Origin: an uncultured Nitrospinota bacterium
Lineage (GTDB): Bacteria; Tectomicrobia; Entotheonellia; J063; CAVPRW01
Assembly: GCA_963707985.1 (NCBI GenBank)
Contig: CAVPRW010000018.1
Location: 32,001 to 96,000 of the forward strand
Reading direction: 5' to 3'
DNA: 64,000 nucleotides
Each line of letters starts with the position of its first letter. Positions within the stretch are counted from its first letter, which is position 1. The notes beneath the pieces were generated by a model. That model searched no databases. It was not told where the DNA came from and worked only from the letters and a program-made list of their open reading frames with translations. Below, piece by piece: positions 24,441 through 35,790 of this stretch. The position numbers and the translations under genes are program-made.

Positions 24441-26252
24441 CTCACGGTTCGCTCATTTTTAAGGCGGTTTGTGAGCATTGGGACAAAGCTTCGTAGAGAT
24501 GGTGACAGGGAAATCGAGGCGCTCGAGGATGCGCTGTTGCACGTGCGCGAGGGGCGTGAGATGACGTCTGCAGCGACGGCCTGCGCGGATGATGGTCAGC
24601 GTCAGGCCGTGAAATGCCTCCAGGAGACGTGCTGCGGTCGGGTGCATGGTGGCCCGCTGGGGATTGCCGACAGACAACCCAGCCAGCGTGGTCTGGGCCG
24701 CAGCCAAGTGCCGGCGGACCTCAAACTCCAGCCGCGTCAGCACCCGCCAGCCGAGGGACCACAGCCGGATCAACCCGGTCGCATGGTCCTCCCGCTCCAG
24801 AGACATCGGGGTCAGCGACAGGGGCCGGCCGTTCAGGCGGCCCATCGCTCGCTCGACCCAGGACTCGTGGCGGTATGCCAGGACGGCCTCTGGCAGGGAG
24901 AGCTGTGCCGGAGGGTGGGTGGTGACATCGACCCGCCAGCCCAGTTGGCGCACGACGGCTGCGACGGCGGCCTGGTCGACCCTGACGGTGACCTTGACGT
25001 CCCACTCCAGCCGCACGGTGGCGTCCCGGCCGCCGTCGCGGCGTCCGGGGTGCTCCCACCATGGTGCGCGATACCGGACCGCCAGCAGGCCGGACACCCG
25101 CTCATGGGCCAGAATGGCCTCGACCGCTTCCCGCCGAGCACTCGGCTCGGTCCAGCGGCGCCGGCCCCGTCCGCGCGTCTGCAGCGCCGTGATTTCCGCC
25201 TGGGCCTTGGCCAGCCGGCCGTGCCGCTCCCGCGCCGCCGCTTGGGCCAACTGGCACGACCGCATGACCCAGCGCCGTTCCTGCCAGTTGTACCGCTGCC
25301 CGACCATCGCGGCGGTCACGGATTCCCGCCGCTCAAAGCCCTCCGCGATCAGCTTGGCTTGGCCCCCGGGCTGGGCGCGGTGCATCACGGTCCAGGCCTG
25401 TTCCTCCGCCCACACCGGCGCCCAAGAGTCGGCCAAGACCGCGGGCGGCAGGTGGCGCTCCGACAAGGGGCACAAGTCATCATCGCCTCCGGCGTGGATA
25501 GACGCCCGCGTCTCCACGGCGCCCATCTGACCGTCGCCCACATACAGCAGCCCACGCCGTCCCAGCCCCTCCCGGACGCGGGCGATGGCGGGGCTGTACC
25601 AGGGGGCATCGGCCCGTTGCCCTGGCACGATGTCGGTCGCCACCGGCAGGCCCAGGGGCTCCAGCGCCGACACCATGATCTTGACCTGGGGCAGGTCGGG
25701 GCGATGGTCTTTGCGATGGCCACACTGACACAACCCGTCTTCCGTCACGCTCCAGTGGCCGTTGGCGGTGGTACGATCCAAGCGTACGCAGGCCGGCGGC
25801 AGATCAGACACGCGCCGCGTGTGTTGATTGAGGGCCCCCTCGCAGGCCCGCCAAGGCGTCTCCTCACTCAAGACCTCCAGCACCGTGGCCAAGCGGTCGT
25901 CGCTGACGTCCAACGGGTCCACCGCCTGCCCGGTGCACGCCTGCAACGTGTGGAGCCGCGGTGTGGCCCAGGGGGTCACGTGGTTCAGGCGATGGTCACC
26001 TTCGGAGAGGAGATGCGTCACCCACCCCACGCTCACCCACCCCAGGCTCAAGCCCACCCAGTGGCCATGCGTCGGAACATGCTCGTCCAACAGGGGCTGG
26101 CCCCCCATGCGGTGGAGGTGGGCCAACAGGACAGGCATATCCTCCACGCGTGCACTGACCATGCTCAGGGCCTCGGCCATGGGGCACCTCCTGTGCGCCC
26201 GAGACCCTCCCACAATTTCGGAAACCCCTCACAAAAATGAGCGAACCGTGAG
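24441..26252 (-). mobile_element. IS1634-like element with a degenerate transposase (about 26180-24459)
   Basis: Perfect 20-bp TIR ctcacggttcgctcattttt (24441-24460 / 26233-26252); GHRKDHRPDLPQVK, SDDRL motifs; no TSD. Confidence 0.88.
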
Positions 26253-26915
26253 TCACAGCACTCAGACTCGCATGAAAATCCCAGCGCAACTTGCCGGCAG
26301 AACGCGCCTGACAATCGCTGAGGCCGGTGAATTGTTTGGCGTCGCGGAACAGACATTCGATCTGGAAACGCGCTTTGTCATACCGGTCGATCGTCTTGGC
26401 GGACAGCGCAACATCTGTGCTGAAGAGCAGTGCATGGCGTCCAGTGGGCAGGTGACGCACCACCACCAAGTAAAGATTGTGCTGTAATGGTGGATGATTG
26501 ACCAGCTGAGAGTAGAGGGCGATATCGGTCTCATCCGCCTCGACCTGCTCAAAACGCGCCAGATTGCTGATATCGACTTTCCCATCATAGGTTTTGGGCC
26601 GTCCGGGGCCGTCCCGGCGTGGCCCGCGGTAGAGGTGACGGAGGTGGGCGTCCCGGCGGAGCTTGCCGATCACATGCAAGTCCAACGCGCAGATGCCATC
26701 GACGAATTGCTTTTTGCTGAAGTAGCCATCGACCGCCAGGTACGTGAGCGCCTGCAAGGATTGTGTGGTGACCACACGGGTAATATGAGCCAGATAGGTA
26801 TCGATGCGGGTCTCCTCAGTGGCACTCTGCAGCGCTGGGGAGGTCTGTTCCACACTGAGTGTATACGCGCTGTTGTGGGTCACATCGATCCAGGCAAGTG
26901 TGGCCAGCTCCAAGC
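26253..26915 (-). pseudogene. DDE transposase fragment cut by IS elements on both sides
   Basis: AVDGYFSK, KLRRDA, RFQIECLFRDAKQFTGL. Confidence 0.8.
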
Positions 26916-28163
26916 CAGGGCAAGCGCATTTGAAAGGTGAGTGGTTTTTCCACTCCAGTGGGCAAGGAGCCTACCAACCCGAAGCCCTTGTGACTGTTGG
27001 AGAAGGCCTCATGGGTATGCGTGGGCCTTCATCGTGTCACGACTATTTTGCCACCTGGACCGATCCCCGCTGTCCGGATGCTCCCAATCGCCAGCAGCTC
27101 CTGCTGGACAGGCTCGTTATGGCGGTGTGCGCCGTGCTTGGCGGGGCCGAGGGGTGGGAAGACATCGAAGCATACGCTCAGGCCCAAGCGGCGTGGTTTG
27201 CCGACCTGCTGGACTTGCCACATGGCATCCCGGGGCATGCCACCTTCCGACGGGTCTTCTCGCGGTTGGACCCCGAGGAGCTGACCCCGTGCTTCAGCGC
27301 GTGGACGCACGCCCGCAGCGAGGCCTCGGGAGGCGAGATGATCGCCATCGACGGCAAAACGCTCCGCCATGCGTTTGCTCAGGCCACCGCCACGGCGGCG
27401 ATCCCTATGGTGAGTGCCTGGGCGCGTGCCAACCGCTTGGTGTTGGGGCAGCTCACAGTCGACGAGCAGTCGAATGACATGACCGCCATGCCCCAGCGCC
27501 TCCACCGGCTTGACGTCACAGGGGCGGTGGTCACCAGTGAGGCCCTGGGGTGTCAGACAGACATCGCTACGACCATGACGGCGCAAGGGGCGGATGATGG
27601 CTTGGCGCTCCAGGATCATCACCCGACACGCGCTGCGGCAGTGACCTGGTGGCGGAACGATGCTCGGGACACTCCGGGTGCGGGCATCGCGCCGCGTACC
27701 ATGAAACCGTCGATGGGGATCATGGTCGTATTGACATACGTCGGTATGGGATCACCGCGGAGATTGACTGGCTAGACGCCAAGGGGGCTTGGGCCAATCT
27801 GCACCGTGTGGGGATGGTGGAATCGCGTCGAGACATCGGGGACCAGGTCCAGCTCGAGACACGGGATTTTCTGACGTCGCTGCCAGCCGAAGCCGTGCGG
27901 TTTGCCGAAGCCGTGCGGCAGCACGGGGGTGTCGAGAACTCCTTGCATGGGGTCCTGGAGGGCTCGTTTCAGGAGGATGCCTGCCGGATCCGCCAAGACA
28001 AGGGTGCGCAGACCTTCGCCGTGCTCCGCCATATGGCCGTCAACCTGTTGCGACGCGAGCCCCATCACACACGGGGCATCAAAGCTCGACGCAAACGAGC
28101 CGGATGGGATCGAGACGATCTCGTCCAAGTTGTAACGGGGGTAACCTACATGCGCTTACCCTG
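26916..28163 (+). mobile_element. ISAs1-family element, frameshifted transposase
   Basis: TIR cagggcaagcgcat / atgcgcttaccctg; AIDGKTLR, HGRIDIR, VENSLH motifs. Confidence 0.88.
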
Positions 28164-28479
28164 CCTACAGGGCCACTTGCCTGGGACTCCTCCTGCGAGT
28201 ATGATACTATAGGCTATGTATCCGTGTCGTGTTCCATCGCCCATGGCAGAAGGCACTGGTAGGCCGCATCCCAGCGCCGGTCGCCATCGCTCCGTGCGCT
28301 CACCGTCCGGCGTATATGCCCAGGGTTCTTCATGGGTTCCTCCTGTGTGTCGGACATCTCCTACGCAGGAGGATACCTTGAGGAATGCCTCAGCGCCGCA
28401 GCCGCTGAGGCCGGCGCCACCAGGAGAGTGGAAGCACCCCCCAGCGCGTGCAGCAGAATTTGTCATGTGTGATTGTACC

Positions 28480-28820
28480 ATTGACACGTGTGATCAGGAC
28501 GGTAAGGGACAGCTGGGCTTCCACGCGTACCGCATGCGGAGTACCGAAGCCGTTGGGAACCATGGGTGTGTGGTCTTCGTAGCCTCTTCGCTGTGGCACC
28601 TGACGTGTCTGCCGGCTGGACCGGATCGAACGAGGGGTCTCATCCACACCATGGGGGATGCCTGTCGGCAATAGGGGCGCGCATTGCTGCAAAAGCTGTT
28701 GATCTTTGTACATGACCAGTTGTCCGACGGCGTCACGGCTGACCATTTCTTTGCTCTATTATTCGCCAAACAGCACGGCATGGTGCCCGTGGGATTTATC
28801 TGAGTACCGAAATCATAACA
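28480..28820 (+). pseudogene. C-terminal remnant of an IS701-like transposase
   Basis: QDGKGQLGFHAYRMRS...; internal TAG. Confidence 0.55.
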
Positions 28821-28856
28821 GCCGAGGTCCTAACACTGTCATTCAGCCTCGTTGGC

Positions 28857-29840
28857 TTAGAGACGGTCCATGGGACTGTAGACCCCTTGCCCGCCCCGGG
28901 TCAGCACGTGGGTGTAGATCATCGTCGTCTTGACATCCTGATGCCCGAGGAGTTCCTGAATGGTGCGGATGTCGTAACGATCTTCTAGGAGATTGTGGCG
29001 AACGAATGGCGGAGTGTGTGACAGCTGGCCGGCTTGGTCAGGCCTATGGGACGCGCGGCCTCTTTGATAGCTCGTTGGAGCAGCGATTCATGCAGATCAT
29101 GTCCCCGGCGCTCACCAGATCGCGGGTCCAGGCTGATCTGTGAGGATGGAAAGACCCACTGACAGCCCCATTCGCTGTTGCCGTGTGGATACTTCCGCTC
29201 CAGCGCGTTTGGCACAAAGACCCTACCGAAGCTGTGCGCCAAATCGTGCTGGTGCCGTTGGCGCACGTGTTCTAGGTGTGCCGTCAGCAAATCGTGCACA
29301 GCTGCTGGCAGCATCGTTCTCCGATCCTTGTTGCCCTTGCCTGCACGGAGTAAAATCTGGTGGCTGACGAAGTCAATATCCTGCACTCTGAGACGCAGGC
29401 ATTCCAGCAGGCGCAGGCCGGCACCATATAAGAGGCTCGCCATGATCCAATGCACGCCCTCGAGCGCACCGAGCAATGCTTTGACCTCTGGTTTAGTCAA
29501 CACGACGGGGAGACGTTGTGGACGCTTGGCGCGGGGGATGTCGTCCAACCAGCCGAGGCTCCGGCCACGGACATGACGGTACAGGAAAACCAGTGCACAC
29601 AGCGCCTGATTCTGCGTCGAAACACTCACATGCTCGTGCACGGCCAAAGCCGAGAGAAAGCGTGTGATCTCGTCCTCGCCCATCTCCAGGGGATGACGCT
29701 TTCCGTGGAACAGGATAGACCACTTGATCTAGCAGACATAAGCCTCCTCCGTCCGCACACTGTAGTGTCGCATCCGGATGGCTTCTCGGACCTGATCGAG
29801 GAGCTTGGGCCTGTGCCCTGCGGGAGCGTGAGGCACACTG
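28857..29840 (-). pseudogene. intI: Integron integrase pseudogene (internal stop about 29729, frameshift about 28992)
   Basis: KLLDQVREAIRMRHYS, LLYGAGLRLLE, IntI patch [21 protein letters not shown], then QELLGH...TMIYTH in another frame. Confidence 0.9.
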
Positions 29841-30557
29841 ACAGCAGGATGGCCCACGTTCTTCACACGCTGCTAAGACCGCGGCTAGATCGTCAGAGAT
29901 CCCTGCTGCTGAGTGTCTGGCCTCATCTACAAGCCGGTGCGCACGTGCTGGCTCGTCTTGATTACGACCTCCCCATCGAGCTCCGCGGGCGTCCCCCTGC
30001 TCAACCCATGGCTCGGCGCCCACGATGCCGTCTCCTCCCCTGCTGATCTCCAGCGCCACCTTGTCCGCTCCCTTCACCCGGTTCTCGCTCACCCCCCTTG
30101 AAGCTCCATTCGCCGCATAACTGTCCATGGATAGCCAAATATATCAACATTTTGTTGATATCACAAGTACACATCGTAGGGATGGCCGGAGGGAGCCGAT
30201 AGGGGCCAGAGCCGTTACCTTGGAGAGGACCAGCCCGAATGAGGTCAGCAATGGGCATGGTGGGAAATCGGCGCCAGGTCACTCGCCTAATACCTGTGTA
30301 TATGGCCCGTAATTGCAAAGGTTCTTGCCTCGGTCGAGTAGACATGATCCCCTCGTGCGTAGGCCTTCGCACAAGAGTCGACAGCATGAGGACAGCAGCT
30401 ATTTGGTTCCCGTCGCGCTTGCTCGTCCTTCGGCCCCTCACCCGTGCCCTCTCCCAGCCTAGGAAGAGGGAGAAGGAACATCACGGATGGTTTCTCCATA
30501 CCCTGGCGCCTCTGCCCGGGAGGGTTTGGGTGAGAGTATCAGGGGCGCCCCCAATCA

Positions 30558-31472
30558 TTAAAACATGGCAATCGGGTTCACCGGCGAGCCGGTGCCGCCA
30601 ACGACGCGTAAGGGGGCAACGATGAGCATGAATTCGTATCTCCCCTCCCCGGCGCAGACCTCTGCCAGGGGCTGCAATAAGGCATTGTCCAGCAACCCAA
30701 TGCCATAGGCGAAAATAGCACCGTGCACCGACCATGGAATGTCATAGCCGTTGGGCATGAAGTCCATCATATCCCACACCAGTAAACAGCAGTCTGACTG
30801 ACGAATGAATTTCAGGCAGGAGGCGTGCAAGCCGGGACGACCGCGTGGATCACTCCCCCAAATGGGGTTGACTTGATCCCAGTGGTCGCGACCGCCATAA
30901 ACAATCAGGGCATCGCCAGGCTCCATGATGACGCCCTCAGCCTTGGCGATGTCTTCTAGTTCCCAACCGTGGATCGGCTTGTCCATGGTGACAAAGGGCT
31001 CTCCACGAAATTTGGGCACGTCCAGGAGCACGCCACGGGTGATGATGCCCTCTTTCCAGTGCTCGACCGATCCCCACTGCGCCCCATCGAAGGTGATCAC
31101 CTCGTCAGGATTACGGCCGTTCCACATGCCGTTGCTATCCCACACATGGCACAATGCATCGAGATGCGTGGAGGCCTGGCCATGATAGGAGACACCATAG
31201 TAGTCGGTGGCGCTGCCGCCGGTTTCCCCGCGGGCATTCCGTTTCATAAAGTGCTGCGCCGGCGTGGGATTGTTGGGTGCGGGAGTTTTGGGGAACACAC
31301 GGCTGAGCGAGACGGCGCGGCCCTTTCGCACCAGTCGAGTCGCCGCCAGTCGCTTCTCGGGCGTCACGAGATTGACGGCACCCATTTGATCGTCTTTGCC
31401 CCAACGCCCCCAGTTGCGATCTGCCTGCAGATATGCGAAGACCTCGTCTTTCGTCGGTACGCGATGTTCCAT
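30558..31472 (-). CDS. Cyclase-family (kynurenine formamidase-like) metal hydrolase
   Basis: NWGRWG, THLDALCH, GGTGSPVNP. Confidence 0.85.
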   Translation of the reverse strand: MEHRVPTKDEVFAYLQADRNWGRWGKDDQMGAVNLVTPEKRLAATRLVRKGRAVSLSRVFPKTPAPNNPTPAQHFMKRNARGETGGSATDYYGVSYHGQASTHLDALCHVWDSNGMWNGRNPDEVITFDGAQWGSVEHWKEGIITRGVLLDVPKFRGEPFVTMDKPIHGWELEDIAKAEGVIMEPGDALIVYGGRDHWDQVNPIWGSDPRGRPGLHASCLKFIRQSDCCLLVWDMMDFMPNGYDIPWSVHGAIFAYGIGLLDNALLQPLAEVCAGEGRYEFMLIVAPLRVVGGTGSPVNPIAMF

Positions 31473-31565
31473 GGATGGTTCTCCTCTAACCAATGTTCAA
31501 TACAGGCCATTAACCCTTCCCACGGTGATCACTACGATACTGCCCAGTCAAGCCGATCAAGCATC

Positions 31566-32882
31566 CTATCCCTGTCTCTGCAAACCCTCCTCTTTCACAG
31601 GAGAAAACGTCTCAGGCCCCGGTTCCTGAGGTCTTGAGAGCAATGGTGTGAACGCTACGACCGGCAGCCACAGCGCCAGTCCGATGGCAGCGTTGATGCC
31701 GATGGCAGCTGGCGCCCCGACCGCGGCGGACAGCGCGCCCAACTCCAGTAGGCCTAGAGGCGTGGAGCCAATACATAACCCCAGCACGCCGACGGCCCGT
31801 CCGCGCATCCCCGGCGCGGCTGCAAGCAAAATGATGGTGCTTTGCATGGTGCTGAACCCCGCATTGCCCAGCCCCGCTACGAACAGGAGGACACACGACA
31901 AGACGTACCAGGGGGAGGCGGCAAACCCCAGAAGGCTGACTAACTCGATGAGCGCCCCCAGGGCGAAGATGCGTCCATGAGCAGGAAGTTTGCCCACGGC
32001 CGCGAGGAGTAGGGCGCCGATCAAGGTGCCCATGCCGTCGGATGAGGCCAGCAAGCCCATGAGACCAGGCCCAACCCGCAGGTGGTCTCTTGCTATGACC
32101 GGCAGGATCTGCACATAACTGAACGCCAGGGCATTCATAATGACCGTGATACAGAGGACACCCAGCACGACCCGATTGTGCAAGGAGTACCGCAGCCCGG
32201 TCACCAGACTCTGCCAGATAGGCTGGGTAGGTCCCGGTTGGCCGGGCAGGTTGATCTTCACTTGTAGAATGAAGCACAACGCCACTAGATACACAGCCAT
32301 CAGCAGGCTATACACCCCGGCAAAGCCAGTCATCTCGATCATCAATCCGCCGACCAGTGGACCCAGAAACTTCCCCACCGTATTATTGATCGTTTCCAGC
32401 GACATGGCACTGACCACCTGCTGTGGTCCCACCAGGTCGTAGATCAGCGAGCGTCGAGAGGGCATGTCCAGAATCGTACTACAGCCGAGAATGAAGGCGA
32501 CGAGCAAGACCTGCCAGGGCTGGATGGCATTCAACAGCAGTAAGGCCAGCAGGATGCCGGTCATCAGCGCACTGATGGTCTGGGTGCACAGCATCACCAA
32601 CCGGCGATTGGTGCGATCAGCGATGAGCCCAGCGAACAGCCCGAATGCCAGCAACGGTGCGGAGCGCGCCACTCCTACCAGCGCCACGTGCCAGGGGGAG
32701 TCGGTGAGGTCGAGGATGAGCCAGCCCAAGACGCCCGTTTCCATCCAGCGACTCGCATGGCTTAGCCCCCCGGCTGCCCATAGCCATAAGAAATCTCGGT
32801 TGCGGAGGATGCTCAAGTCGGTGAAATGCAAGGCCCGGAGTGGTCTGAAATGGTGGTGACGCTGGCTATGGGGCATGGACAA
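31566..32882 (-). CDS. MFS transporter
   Basis: About 12 TM segments; GLIADRTNRR motif A. Confidence 0.9.
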   Translation of the reverse strand: MSMPHSQRHHHFRPLRALHFTDLSILRNRDFLWLWAAGGLSHASRWMETGVLGWLILDLTDSPWHVALVGVARSAPLLAFGLFAGLIADRTNRRLVMLCTQTISALMTGILLALLLLNAIQPWQVLLVAFILGCSTILDMPSRRSLIYDLVGPQQVVSAMSLETINNTVGKFLGPLVGGLMIEMTGFAGVYSLLMAVYLVALCFILQVKINLPGQPGPTQPIWQSLVTGLRYSLHNRVVLGVLCITVIMNALAFSYVQILPVIARDHLRVGPGLMGLLASSDGMGTLIGALLLAAVGKLPAHGRIFALGALIELVSLLGFAASPWYVLSCVLLFVAGLGNAGFSTMQSTIILLAAAPGMRGRAVGVLGLCIGSTPLGLLELGALSAAVGAPAAIGINAAIGLALWLPVVAFTPLLSRPQEPGPETFSPVKEEGLQRQG

Positions 32883-32909
32883 TGGCGTTTGGTTCTTCGT
32901 ACTGCGTGG

Positions 32910-33671
32910 CTAGCGCTGCGGTGCGAGCTGCTGCAACACCGGGATTTCATCCAATTTCTTGCCCAGCTCACCCCATAGAATCCCCTGCGGGCGTGGATAT
33001 CGACTCATGGTCTGGACGACGCCCTCAGTCGTGGCAAACCAGTTCAGCGAGATATCGTGGGCGGTCATCTCGATAGCACTATCGGGGACCACCTGCATGG
33101 AGTGCACGGTGGTGACGATCGGTGTCTCCTCGTCGACCAGGCCGGCTTGCCGGCACAGGGCATATTCCAGGTCGGAGTATCCACCTCCCTTGCCCAGCCG
33201 TGCCCCATCACGACTGACTGCCACCGACCCGGCGATGATCAGATCGATGTGGCGCATCTCCGCCAGCGTCACCGGTTTACCGACGGCAAAAGCCCCTTGA
33301 ATGCTGCTCGCACGCCAGAGCCCGGTGGAGCCAAGCAGAACGGGGTCGAGGGCAATGAAGGGTGTCAGCTCGCGCAAACGCGGCACGGCCATATACAGTA
33401 TCTTTCCAGCCTGTAAGGCCGCATAACGCACGGAGCGTTGGGGTGCATCGGGATTACACTTCAGGGCCCATGCCTGTTGCCAGGCGGGCAGCGTGGCCAG
33501 ATGTCGCGCTGCCGCCTCCGCGCCGATGAAATTCGGAATCCGTCCCTGCGCTCCCGGAAAGCGTGCCACCTTGTTGACCGTCAGCGCATGCCAGATCTCT
33601 TCGCGCAACCGTTGTTTGTTATCAGATATGGTGGCGACTTCGCTACTCTCGGGCGCCGGCCCGCTCCTCAT
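32910..33671 (-). CDS. 5-formyltetrahydrofolate cyclo-ligase-like protein
   Basis: GRIPNF, GSVAV...RLGKGGGYSDLE, HD. Confidence 0.8.
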   Translation of the reverse strand: MRSGPAPESSEVATISDNKQRLREEIWHALTVNKVARFPGAQGRIPNFIGAEAAARHLATLPAWQQAWALKCNPDAPQRSVRYAALQAGKILYMAVPRLRELTPFIALDPVLLGSTGLWRASSIQGAFAVGKPVTLAEMRHIDLIIAGSVAVSRDGARLGKGGGYSDLEYALCRQAGLVDEETPIVTTVHSMQVVPDSAIEMTAHDISLNWFATTEGVVQTMSRYPRPQGILWGELGKKLDEIPVLQQLAPQR

Positions 33672-35580
33672 GGTGGATCTCCTCCCGCATCTGGCGCCAG
33701 GCCTGGCGCGCCTCCTGCACCGAGCCTTCATCTTCGATGGTGCTGATATCGCCCGGGTCGTGATCGAGGATCACAGCCTTGAACACTCGACGCATGATCT
33801 TACCGCTCCGTGTTTTGGGGAGCATACTGACAAAATGCATCTCCCCGATGACCGCCAGTGGGCCTAAATCCTGGCGTACCGTGTCGAGCAAGGCGTGCTT
33901 GAGCTCATCCGACGGTTGATGACCCTGTCGGAGGACGACGAAGGCCGAGATCACTTCGCCGCGCAACGCATCCGGTCGCCCGGTCACGCCCGCTTCGGCC
34001 ACGGCTGGATGCTTGAGGAAGGCGGTTTCCACCTCGATCGTCCCCACCCGGTGGGCCGCGATTTTGATCACCTCATCGGCGCGCCCGGCAAACCAGACAA
34101 AGCCATCCTCATCGATGTGCGCCGAGTCCCCGGTGTAGTAGACTCCCGGAATACGCTGCCAATAGTCGCGGGCATAGCGTTCAGGATCGCCCCAGAGCGT
34201 CTGAATCAGTCCAGGAAAGGGACGCTTGATCACCATGATCCCCTTTTCGCCGGTGGCGCAGGGTGTGCCCTCTGGGGTGACGACAGCGGCCTCGATCCCG
34301 GCCAACGGAATGCCCCCTGAGCCTGGCTTGATGGGAAGCATCGCCAGGCCATAAGGATTGCCAAACACGGGTCCGCCGGTCTCTGTCTGCCACATGTGGT
34401 CGATGACCGGCACCTTGTTGTCCAAAACGTGTGCTTGTAGCCATTCCCAGGCCGGCGCATTGAGCACCTCTCCTGCGCAGAAAATGGCATCAAGAGACGA
34501 ATGGTCATGTTTGCGGGTTGGCTCATCGCCATAACGCATCAGCAGCCGCACGGCCGTCGGCGAGGTGAACACCCCGTTGACGCGAAAATCCTCGATAATC
34601 TTCCAGAACGTTTCCGGCCCTGGGTGGTCCAGTGCTCCTTCGTAGGCGATGGTCGTGCAGCCCGCCAGCAGCGGTGCATAGACGATGTAGCTGTGACCGA
34701 CCACCCAGCCAATGTCTGACGTCGACCACCAGATGTCGGTGGGCTTGAGATCGAACACCCAACGCCCCATGCTGTGAATATAGACCTGGTAGGCGCCGTG
34801 GGTATGCACGGCTAACTTGGGTGTAGCGGTGGTGCCGGAGGTGGCCAAAATATAGGCCGGCTCGTTGGCCTCCATCGGGATATGCGCCCCGCTCTGCCCT
34901 ATGCCCCGCGCCACGAAGGCGTTCCAGGACAGGTCGCGACCCTCTTCTAGCGGTGCTCCACCATCCGCCCGCGACAGCACGATGACATGCTCGACACATT
35001 GTCCTCCGATCTTCACGGCGTCATCGACGATACCCTTGAGGGGGACATCCCTGCCTTTGCGGTACGTGATGTCGGCGGTGAACACCAAACGCGAGCCGCT
35101 GGCCTGAATCCGATCGGCCAGCGCCCCGGCCCCAAACCCTGCGAAGACCACCGAATGAATGGCGCCGATGCGCACGGTCGCCAGCATCAGGATGATGGCT
35201 TCAGGGCAGGTGGGCATGTAAATCGTCAGGCGATCACCTTTCTGTATACCCATGGCCCGCAGGGCAGCCGCGACGCGCTCGACTTCGCGCGTCAGTTGAG
35301 CATAGGTGAAGAGTTGAGATTCGCCCCGCTCGTTGACATAAATTAGCGCCGTATGGCCACCCCATCCCCGCTGCACATGATAATCGAGGCAATTGTATGC
35401 CAGATTGGTCTGTCCACCGACAAACCAGCGAAAGGTCGGAAAGTCCCATTCGAAGACGCGATCCCAAGTGCGGAACCAGTGCAGCGTGGCGGCGGCACGA
35501 GCCCAGAAGTCGTCATGATGTTCCTGTGCTTCCCGGCACCAGCGATTGATCACGGGGTTGATAAGCTGGCATGCAGTCAT
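33643..35580 (-). CDS. acs: Acetyl-CoA synthetase (AMP-forming)
   Basis: TSGTTATPK, WQTETG, YYTGD, GRADEVI, PKTRSGKIMRR. Confidence 0.9.
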   Translation of the reverse strand: MTACQLINPVINRWCREAQEHHDDFWARAAATLHWFRTWDRVFEWDFPTFRWFVGGQTNLAYNCLDYHVQRGWGGHTALIYVNERGESQLFTYAQLTREVERVAAALRAMGIQKGDRLTIYMPTCPEAIILMLATVRIGAIHSVVFAGFGAGALADRIQASGSRLVFTADITYRKGRDVPLKGIVDDAVKIGGQCVEHVIVLSRADGGAPLEEGRDLSWNAFVARGIGQSGAHIPMEANEPAYILATSGTTATPKLAVHTHGAYQVYIHSMGRWVFDLKPTDIWWSTSDIGWVVGHSYIVYAPLLAGCTTIAYEGALDHPGPETFWKIIEDFRVNGVFTSPTAVRLLMRYGDEPTRKHDHSSLDAIFCAGEVLNAPAWEWLQAHVLDNKVPVIDHMWQTETGGPVFGNPYGLAMLPIKPGSGGIPLAGIEAAVVTPEGTPCATGEKGIMVIKRPFPGLIQTLWGDPERYARDYWQRIPGVYYTGDSAHIDEDGFVWFAGRADEVIKIAAHRVGTIEVETAFLKHPAVAEAGVTGRPDALRGEVISAFVVLRQGHQPSDELKHALLDTVRQDLGPLAVIGEMHFVSMLPKTRSGKIMRRVFKAVILDHDPGDISTIEDEGSVQEARQAWRQMREEIHHEERAGARE

Positions 35581-35790
35581 GGATCGCCACTCCTTCTCGG
35601 CTTGATCGTCTCAGCAACAGTTGGTGTCCCTGCCCCATCCTCTTTCCCTCTCCCTCTGGGAGCGGGTCAGGGAAGCCTAACCCCTCAATTATGCCAGGCT
35701 ATCTTCACCCTCGCCTCCTCCAAGAGGAAGAGGGGACAGCCTCCGAAAGCTGACCCTGCCTTGTCTATCTCCTAGCGAGAGGATGCTGCG

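Noticed and set aside
24471..26240. 589-aa + strand ORF and similar long antisense ORFs (e.g. 21778-22995, 46723-47907, 62588-63976)
   Set aside because: Shadow frames of real genes or GC-enriched transposases.
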